In this document: piece after piece, positions 27,908 through 35,610 of the stretch
How positions within the stretch are numbered: position 1 is the first letter of the stretch
Layout of the letters: the number at the start of each line of letters is the position of its first letter
Source of the DNA: Fidelibacterota bacterium
GTDB taxonomy: Bacteria; Fidelibacterota; Marinisomatia; Marinisomatales; S15-B10
Assembly: GCA_046861655.1 (NCBI GenBank)
Contig: JBHIAI010000008.1
Span: forward strand, 1 to 35,610
Length of the DNA stretch: 35,610 bases
Reading direction: 5' to 3'
Translations under genes and position numbers: made by a program
The notes under the pieces: model-generated
The model's input: only the letters and a program-made list of their open reading frames with translations
What the model was told of the DNA's origin: nothing
The model's database searches: none

Positions 27908-28551
27908 GGTTGCGTGCTTCCCGGTGGGTTAAAGAACTTGGTTCCGCTGGCGGGCTGGCGTATGTACCGGATCACCTCTTCCAGGTCTTCCTGATTGTTC
28001 ACGAAATCGATGTCGTTCGTATTGATGATGAACACCGGGATCTCCTGGTTCCGGAAAAAGAATTCATTGTAGACCTGGTTGAGGGCGTCAATGTAGTCCC
28101 TGGAGATACTCTTCTCATACTCCCGGCTCCGGGCCATGATTCGTTCCATGAGACGGTCCGTGCTTGCCTGAAGGTAAATCGCCAGGTCAGGGCCGATTAC
28201 GTTGCGCTGGAGAAGATTGGCCACCGCTTCATAGAGGGACATTTCCTTATCCCCAAGATTCAGGGAAGCAAACAGTCGATCCTTGATAAACATGTAGTCG
28301 GAGATCACCAGCTTGTGGAAAACGTCCGTCTGGCGTATTTCTTGTTGCTGCTGATACCTGTTCAAGAGAAAAAAAAGCTGGGTCTGAAAAGCATATCTTT
28401 CGGGATCCCGGTAGAACTCAGGAAGAAAGGGATTTTCCTCGAATTCTTCCAGGACAAGCCGGGCATTGAGCCGTTTGGCCAGCAGACGGGCCAGACTGGT
28501 CTTCCCCACCCCGATGACCCCCTCAATGGCCACGTAGTAGAGATTCTTCAA
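27904..28551 (-). CDS. Deoxynucleoside kinase (dGK/dAK family)
   Basis: EGVIGVGKTS, NPFL, FQTQLFFL and RSREYE motifs. TTG start overlaps the folK TGA. Confidence 0.92.
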   Translation of the reverse strand: MKNLYYVAIEGVIGVGKTSLARLLAKRLNARLVLEEFEENPFLPEFYRDPERYAFQTQLFFLLNRYQQQQEIRQTDVFHKLVISDYMFIKDRLFASLNLGDKEMSLYEAVANLLQRNVIGPDLAIYLQASTDRLMERIMARSREYEKSISRDYIDALNQVYNEFFFRNQEIPVFIINTNDIDFVNNQEDLEEVIRYIRQPASGTKFFNPPGSTQP

Positions 28552-29060
28552 GCCGTCTCCGCTTCTCGCACCACCTCGATCCACGATTCATCGGCACACC
28601 GGCGTAAGGTCTGCTTCACGGTCATGCCTGTGTCGGGACAGACGAATCCCGGGGCAATGTTTTCCAGGGGAACCAGAACAAACTTTCTTTCGGCATACCC
28701 GGGATGAGGAATGTTCAACTTCCGGGTATTCATCGTGCGGTTGCCAAAAAAGACGATGTCCAGATCGATAGGCCTGGCGGAGTTTTTCCTGCCGGTTCGT
28801 CTTCTCCCCATCTCCTCTTCGATCTTCGTGCATGCGCGAAGAAGCTCATCCGGCTTCAGATCGGTTCTCAAGTGGACCACACAGTTGAAGAAATCTGCCT
28901 GGCGGGGATTGTACATGGGCTCGGTTCTGTAGACCGGCGAGATGGATTGGATGGTTACGTGGGGGTGGGAATTCAGTTCGGTCAAAGCCCGTCGCAGGTT
29001 TCTGAAGCGATCCCCCAGGTTGGAACCCAGGCTCAGGAAGACGTTTGGCTCATCAGCCAT
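28548..29060 (-). CDS. folK: 2-amino-4-hydroxy-6-hydroxymethyldihydropteridine diphosphokinase
   Basis: SLGSNLGDR, RPIDLDI, IPHP and RKFVLVPL motifs. Confidence 0.96.
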   Translation of the reverse strand: MADEPNVFLSLGSNLGDRFRNLRRALTELNSHPHVTIQSISPVYRTEPMYNPRQADFFNCVVHLRTDLKPDELLRACTKIEEEMGRRRTGRKNSARPIDLDIVFFGNRTMNTRKLNIPHPGYAERKFVLVPLENIAPGFVCPDTGMTVKQTLRRCADESWIEVVREAETA

Positions 29061-29415
29061 GAGCCGGTCTCTCCAGCTCCACCTCCACACTGCCCATGAC
29101 CCCTTTCACCGGTGCGTTTCGCTTTCGTACCCTGACCAGTACGCTTTCCACCTGGAACCGGTCCACGACGGCCTCGGCGATCCGTCCGGCCAGAGATTCG
29201 AGGAGATAGTACCGCGTTCCGGTGAGGCAGTCATGGACGGTTTGGTACACGGCTGAATAGTCCACGGTGCTTTCCAGTCTGTCCGTAGTAGCGGCAGTGT
29301 CCAGGTCGGCTCTTAGTTCCAGATCCACCTCGAACGTGCCACCTCGGTTCTGTTCCAATTCGTCCACACCGTGATACCCGTAAAAGAGCATCCGGTTGAG
29401 TCTTATCTTTCCCAT
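29053..29415 (-). CDS. folB: Dihydroneopterin aldolase
   Basis: YGYHGV...E, TVDY, LLE and VRK motifs; directly upstream of folK. Confidence 0.96.
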   Translation of the reverse strand: MGKIRLNRMLFYGYHGVDELEQNRGGTFEVDLELRADLDTAATTDRLESTVDYSAVYQTVHDCLTGTRYYLLESLAGRIAEAVVDRFQVESVLVRVRKRNAPVKGVMGSVEVELERPAHG

Positions 29416-29455
29416 AGCTTTTCCTCTCTAGGCATCGTTGGGAGGCGACTGACCG

Positions 29456-29484
29456 AATTTAGGCGTCAGGTAAGGGAGAGTCAA
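29456..29484 (-). promoter_or_regulatory. Putative sigma70 promoter of the folB operon
   Basis: TTGACT-17-TAAATT. Confidence 0.65.
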
Positions 29485-29500
29485 GATTGGTCGTCAGCGG

Positions 29501-29557
29501 CAGCATGCAGTATCCAGCAACCCAATACGCAGTACGAATTACGCATTACGCATGACC
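29501..29557. repeat. Degenerate heptamer array (CATTACG type)
   Basis: cagcatg cagtatc cagcaac c caatacg cagtacg aattacg cattacg catgacc. 29534-29551 is the exact reverse complement of 4087-4104. Confidence 0.8.
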
Positions 29558-29566
29558 GCTCATTTC

Positions 29567-29662
29567 AAAGTGCAAATTGAAAAATGAAAAGTGAAAAGGC
29601 GAACAGTCTGTTTTCTTGGATAATTTTACATTTTGCACTTTGCATTTTCCATGTTTCATTGC
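29567..29662. repeat. Inverted pair of AT-rich heptamer arrays (AAAnTGN / NCAnTTT)
   Basis: aaagtgc aaattga aaaatga aaagtga aaaggcg, a 19-nt spacer, then taatttt acatttt gcacttt gcatttt ccatgtt tcattgc. Confidence 0.8.
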
Positions 29663-29688
29663 CAGTGTTCACACGCATTACGCCTGAC

Positions 29689-29724
29689 AAAAAAGCCCCG
29701 TCCCGGGACAGGGGACAGGGCTTT
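29689..29724 (-). terminator. Rho-independent terminator of groL
   Basis: Minus strand AAAGCCCTGTCCC-loop-GGGACGGGGCTTTTTT, 25 nt after the stop. Confidence 0.85.
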
Positions 29725-29749
29725 CCCTTATCCATCTGGGATGGAACGA

Positions 29750-31375
<1,626 letters not shown>

Positions 31376-31449
31376 CTACGGTCTCCTTTTCTACAACGTT
31401 CTTCCTCAGGATAGTCACATCAGAATCCTGTGGAAATATCATTTCAAGT

Positions 31450-31740
31450 TCACAGGACAGCGAGAATGTCACTTTCCCGCATGATAACGTATTCCACTCC
31501 GTCAATGGTCACCTCCGTACCGGAATACTTTCCGTACAACACCTTGTGATCTTTCTTTACGGTCATTTCAATCTTGGTTCCCGCATCACTGTACTTTCCG
31601 GGTCCCACGGCGACCACCGTCCCCTGCTGGGGTTTCTCCTTAGCCGTGTCAGGCAGAATGATACCGCCCTTGGAGATTTCCTCCGCCTCTGCTGGCTGAA
31701 CAACGACTCTGTCGGCTAACGGTTTGATCTTTAGTGCCAT
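31450..31740 (-). CDS. groS: Co-chaperonin GroES
   Basis: [23 protein letters not shown] and ESDILA motifs. Confidence 0.99.
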   Translation of the reverse strand: MALKIKPLADRVVVQPAEAEEISKGGIILPDTAKEKPQQGTVVAVGPGKYSDAGTKIEMTVKKDHKVLYGKYSGTEVTIDGVEYVIMRESDILAVL

Positions 31741-31838
31741 TTTCTACTCCTGGTCTTTTTTTCAATGGTGAATCAAAGAATAACCCCTCGAACCGGCCGC
31801 CCCAAGAATCCCTCAAAGAGGAATCGGAGCGACCGCCA

Positions 31839-31868
31839 AATTTATGAAATTGGAAGAAGGAGAAGCAA
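31839..31868 (-). promoter_or_regulatory. Putative groESL promoter
   Basis: TTGCTT-18-TAAATT, just downstream of CIRCE. Confidence 0.5.
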
Positions 31869-31874
31869 CAACTT

Positions 31875-31901
31875 TTAGCACTCTCACTATGAAAGTGCTA
31901 A
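31875..31901. promoter_or_regulatory. CIRCE element (HrcA operator)
   Basis: TTAGCACTC-TCACTATGA-AAGTGCTAA: one mismatch to TTAGCACTC-N9-GAGTGCTAA, upstream of groS. Confidence 0.95.
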
Positions 31902-31930
31902 TTCCATCAGGACCGTTTCCCCTTATTGGC

Positions 31931-32368
31931 TTATTGGCCTGTACTGCCGAATCCCCCCTGGCCCCGGGGAGTCGGCGTCAATTCATCCACGATCTCAAAT
32001 TCGATGAACGAACCATCCAGGGTCACAAGCTGAAACAATCTCTGACCGGGTTTTACAGTAAAGGGATGTTCTTTGATGTTGTCGCAGTATGCCATGAGTT
32101 CACCCCGGTATCCTCCATCCACCAAGCCAACAGAATTGGACATCCTCAGCGGCGTGTTGGCAATGCTCGAGCGGGGAATCAACAGGTAGGGTCGATCGTC
32201 TTCGGGCTCACAGGCGATCCGGAAACGAATCGGTTTGGTTTCACCGGGCGAAAAGGTGGTTTCCTCAACGGCGAATAGATCCAGCCCAGCGTCTCCAGGG
32301 TGAAAGTGACCGTGATCCCGGTACATCGCGGCGACTTCCGGAGTAAAGGGCTTGATCTTCAGACGCAA
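31931..32368 (-). CDS. dut: Trimeric dUTP diphosphatase
   Basis: AGLDL, PRSS, GLVDGGYRG, RLFQL and RGQGGFGSTG motifs. TTG start at 32368 with AAGGAGG SD. Confidence 0.95.
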   Translation of the reverse strand: MRLKIKPFTPEVAAMYRDHGHFHPGDAGLDLFAVEETTFSPGETKPIRFRIACEPEDDRPYLLIPRSSIANTPLRMSNSVGLVDGGYRGELMAYCDNIKEHPFTVKPGQRLFQLVTLDGSFIEFEIVDELTPTPRGQGGFGSTGQ

Positions 32369-32410
32369 TCCGTACGACCTCCTTGCACCCAAATTAACAC
32401 CATTTCCCCA

Positions 32411-33754
32411 CTACCCGGTCACCTTTCTCCAGATCCAGAACACTACCGAGCCTGCCAGAAGAAAGACGAAACCCCACAGGGGAAGAAGGCTCCCCTGCCC
32501 CAGGTAGAACTGGATAACACCGATCGAAATAAACAGACAGCTGATCAGGTAGGCGATGGGGGTCGCACGCGGTAACGGGGTCCTGAACGGACCGTTGGAC
32601 CCGGGAGGTTTGTCCCGACCTATCCTTCTCGCCTTGAACACGGAGGAAACCGTCAGGGCGGAAAACAGCACCATGACCACCGTCACCGAATCCACCAGAC
32701 TCCGGATAGGCAGGAACAACACCAGGAAGAAAGACCAGATGCCCTGGAGGGAAAGGGCGGTGACTGGAGTTTGAAACCCTGGGTGGACCCGGGCCACCCT
32801 CCGGAAGAACACCCTGTTTTCTGCCATGGCCTGGTAGATGCGGGCTCCCGACTGGACGGCAATGGACAGGGAACTCACAGTGCTCAGAAAAATGAGGAAG
32901 TTTACGAACGAGCTCCAGTTGGAGAGCTGACTTTTCTTCAGAGCCGACATGGGCACCAGGGCCTCGTTCTTCATCCCGTCGATGCCCAGAACCGATACGA
33001 ATCCGCCATTGAGGAAAAGATACAGGGCTACCGTCAGGACTGTCCCCAGAACCAGGGCCCGGGGAAGAGTCTTTCGGGGCTTAGCGACCTCTCCCGCCAT
33101 GTATCCCACCACATTCCACCCACTGTAGGTAAAGAAAATGGGGATGAGAGCCAAAGAGAATCCTCTCAACGAATTCACCGTATGCCCTGCCGCCGGAAAG
33201 GAGGTCGACCCTTGCCCATTCGCCGACGTAAGAAGGAGAGAGCCCAGGAGAAGAATCGCCAGGATTTTGATCACAGTGAGAACGGACTGAAACCGGGCTC
33301 CGATCACCACCCTGAATGTGTGCAACAGGGTATACAGGCCGATAATCCCGCAGGCCACCCCTTTCTCCACGGCCGGTGAGGCATTCCCTGCCATTCCGAG
33401 AATCAACAGATACTTGCTGGAAAACAGGGCCAGGATAGCGATAGAACCGCTCATACTGATAACAAGACTCATCCAGCCGTAAAGAAAAGCGGGATAGGGT
33501 CCGAAGGCCTGGTGTAAATAGACGAAATCACCGCCTGTTCTGGGAAAACGGGTGGCCAGCTCGGCCGTGGCGAGAGTGCCCCATAACGCCATGATCCCTC
33601 CGAAAAGCCATGCCAGCATGAAAACGCCAGGACCGGCCACCGTCGCGGCGGCATATCCAGCCAGGAGAAAGATGCCCGACCCGATCATGTTGCCCGCCAC
33701 CATGGCCGTGGCATCGAAGACCTTCAAAACCCGGCGGTCGTGGTTAGAGGACAC
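32411..33754 (-). CDS. APC family amino acid permease
   Basis: GNMIGSGIF, ELATRFPRTGG, FTYSGW and GEV..P motifs; about 12 hydrophobic segments. Confidence 0.92.
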   Translation of the reverse strand: MSSNHDRRVLKVFDATAMVAGNMIGSGIFLLAGYAAATVAGPGVFMLAWLFGGIMALWGTLATAELATRFPRTGGDFVYLHQAFGPYPAFLYGWMSLVISMSGSIAILALFSSKYLLILGMAGNASPAVEKGVACGIIGLYTLLHTFRVVIGARFQSVLTVIKILAILLLGSLLLTSANGQGSTSFPAAGHTVNSLRGFSLALIPIFFTYSGWNVVGYMAGEVAKPRKTLPRALVLGTVLTVALYLFLNGGFVSVLGIDGMKNEALVPMSALKKSQLSNWSSFVNFLIFLSTVSSLSIAVQSGARIYQAMAENRVFFRRVARVHPGFQTPVTALSLQGIWSFFLVLFLPIRSLVDSVTVVMVLFSALTVSSVFKARRIGRDKPPGSNGPFRTPLPRATPIAYLISCLFISIGVIQFYLGQGSLLPLWGFVFLLAGSVVFWIWRKVTG

Positions 33755-33802
33755 AGAGGGAACTGATTATGGAGTGTGGATGATTGATTGTTTCAAAACG
33801 AA

Positions 33803-33927
33803 AGGCGTCAGGCGTAATTCGTCGTCCCCCCCGGGCGGGACGTCATGGGTTTTGCGTTATGGGTCCGGACTCGGCGTCACTCATCACTCTTCACTTACTG
33901 CCCCTGCCAACTGCCGCTGCCATCTGC
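33803..33927. repeat. Mixed short-repeat tract (7-mers, CTGCC units, one GTCCC..GGGAC palindrome)
   Basis: aggcgtc aggcgta; tcactca tcactct tcactta (33877-33897); ctgcc x4; GTCCCCCC-CG-GGCGGGAC (33824-33841). Confidence 0.6.
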
Positions 33928-33939
33928 AAACCGACACGG

Positions 33940-34983
33940 TCACGTCTTCTTGAGATCCCCCTGGTAGATGGTCCGGATGGGATACGGGATGGTAATACCT
34001 TCCTCCTTGAAGCGTCGATGAATACGCTTGATAAACTCATGTTTTACCCGCATCCGGCCCTGATAATCCGTGGCCCAGAGGGACACGCGGAAGTTTATGC
34101 TGGAATCGCCGAAGCTCCGGAACCTCATCCGGGGCTCGGAATCGGGCACGCCTCCCTGGACTGTGTTCATAACATCCCGGGCCACTTCCAGAGCCACCTC
34201 TTCCACTCTGTCCAGATCACTGTCGTAACTCACACCGCATTCCACCCGGACCAGAAGCTCCTTGGCCGGTACATCATAATTGGTCATGATTGCGGAGGAA
34301 AGCTTGGAATTGGGGACAATGATGAGATTATTCAACCTGTCTTTCACCGTGGTATTCCTCCAGGCAATGTTTTCCACGTATCCTTTCTCACCGGTATCCA
34401 GTTCCACAAAATCGCCCGGCTTCAGTTTCCTGGACAGAAGAATGTGAAGACCGGCAAACAGGTCCGACAGGGTATCCTTCAAGGCCAAAGAGACGGCCAG
34501 ACCTCCCACACCCAGGGCAGTAAGGAGGGGAGTAATCGATATCCCCAGCGTCTGGAATATCATAAGCAGACCGATGGTGATGACCAGAATCCTTATCAAG
34601 TTGGTGAACATGAAAGTGGAAGGGAAGGCGCCTTCCGTCGAGTCCGCGTAAAGCTGCAACAGTCCCACCACCACACCGGCAAAGGCAAAAGTGAGGGTGA
34701 GAATGAAAAGAACCACCACCACCTTCTGAATCGGGGCCACCAGGGAGGACTCCAGAGGCAAATAGCTCATGGAAAGATAAACCCCGCCAAGAATGAACCA
34801 CCACATGGACGGCCCTTCCACCGCCCCCAGGATCACGTCATCGCCCCTCCAGCGGGTCCGGGCGGCGATGGACTTCAGACGACGGTGGACGATCCTCTTG
34901 AAAATCCACCCCGCAAGAGCGGCCAGTATTACGAGGCCCAGGGGCCAAACGAATCTTGCCAGGTTTTCAAATTGAGAGGGCAT
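33940..34983 (-). CDS. Small-conductance mechanosensitive channel (MscS family)
   Basis: ALGVGGLAVSLALKDTLSDLFAG, GDFV, VPNS and FKEEGITIPYP motifs. Confidence 0.94.
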   Translation of the reverse strand: MPSQFENLARFVWPLGLVILAALAGWIFKRIVHRRLKSIAARTRWRGDDVILGAVEGPSMWWFILGGVYLSMSYLPLESSLVAPIQKVVVVLFILTLTFAFAGVVVGLLQLYADSTEGAFPSTFMFTNLIRILVITIGLLMIFQTLGISITPLLTALGVGGLAVSLALKDTLSDLFAGLHILLSRKLKPGDFVELDTGEKGYVENIAWRNTTVKDRLNNLIIVPNSKLSSAIMTNYDVPAKELLVRVECGVSYDSDLDRVEEVALEVARDVMNTVQGGVPDSEPRMRFRSFGDSSINFRVSLWATDYQGRMRVKHEFIKRIHRRFKEEGITIPYPIRTIYQGDLKKT

Positions 34984-35074
34984 GGCAGGTCACCTCGCGT
35001 CCGTCAATTTACAAAGGAGGGACCTATGCCAACAGACGTTTTGTGGGCCTGGGGGGGCATTATGCGGACCCGGT

Positions 35075-35610
35075 TCATACCCACAACTGCCGGTCCAGGG
35101 TCCGGTACTGGATCCCCTCCCCGAGGTGCTGGGGGCCGATTTGGGCCGATCGGTCCAGATCCGCGATGGTTCTCGACACTTTAAGGATTCTGTCGTAGGC
35201 CCGGGCGGAAAGACCCAGTTTTTCCATGGCATTCTTCAATAATTTTTCGCCCGGTTCGTCGATCCGGCAGAACCTCCGGATCTCCTGCGTCTCCATATGG
35301 GCATTGCAGAATCTTCCGTCCACTTCCCTGAAACGTTCAAGTTGGATCTCCCGGGCCTTCTGGACCCGGGCCCGTATGGCCTCGGACCGCTCCCCCAACC
35401 GCCTATCCGATAGATCGGTAAAGTCGACGGCGGGGACTTCAACGTGGAGATCGATGCGGTCGAGAAGAGGACCGGAGATCCGCCCCATGTATTTCTGGAT
35501 ACTCTGGGTGGAACAGGTGCATTCGTTCCTGGGGTCCGCAGCGTATCCGCAGGGACAGGGATTGGTGGCGGCCACGAGCTGAAAACTGGCGGGGTAACTC
35601 ACCGTGATGG
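35075..35610 (-). CDS. YifB/ComM Mg-chelatase-like AAA+ ATPase, C-terminal part (5' truncated by the window)
   Basis: AATNPCPCG, RISGPLLDRIDL and LSARAYDRILKVSRTIADL motifs. Confidence 0.93.
   Translation of the reverse strand, partial: ITVSYPASFQLVAATNPCPCGYAADPRNECTCSTQSIQKYMGRISGPLLDRIDLHVEVPAVDFTDLSDRRLGERSEAIRARVQKAREIQLERFREVDGRFCNAHMETQEIRRFCRIDEPGEKLLKNAMEKLGLSARAYDRILKVSRTIADLDRSAQIGPQHLGEGIQYRTLDRQLWV

Overview
A GC-rich bacterial chromosomal window of mostly housekeeping genes, almost all on the minus strand. A T9SS/FlgD-type C-terminal domain protein, a GWxTD protein and a PafA-type phosphatase suggest an FCB-group lineage such as Marinimicrobia, KSB1 or Calditrichota (inference). 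Gene order in transcription direction, right to left: partial yifB/comM, mscS, APC permease, dut, groS-groL with CIRCE, folB-folK-dNK-small membrane protein-Zn dehydrogenase-mtaD, phosphatase-M3 peptidase-DegT aminotransferase, a plus-strand islet (tRNA-Leu(CAG), internally shortened VOC gene, DUF1801), smpB-tyrS, trxA-trxB, a tightly packed run (degenerate ABC ATPase, HDAC, gpmI, rfaE1, beta-propeller, GWxTD, degenerate IDH/IPMDH, frameshifted RNase HI), long-form rmlA, dNK, cohesin-CTD protein, trkA-trkH and a crotonase. I saw no CRISPR array, transposase, integrase or prophage. The most notable points are an apparently catalytically dead IDH/IPMDH homologue, a degenerate orphan ABC ATPase, an apicomplexan-like dUTPase, a -1 frameshift in RNase HI, a 56-aa ORF missing from the track, a MITE-like element between trkA and trkH, and a shared family of nested REP-like palindromes and 7-mer arrays in four intergenic regions.
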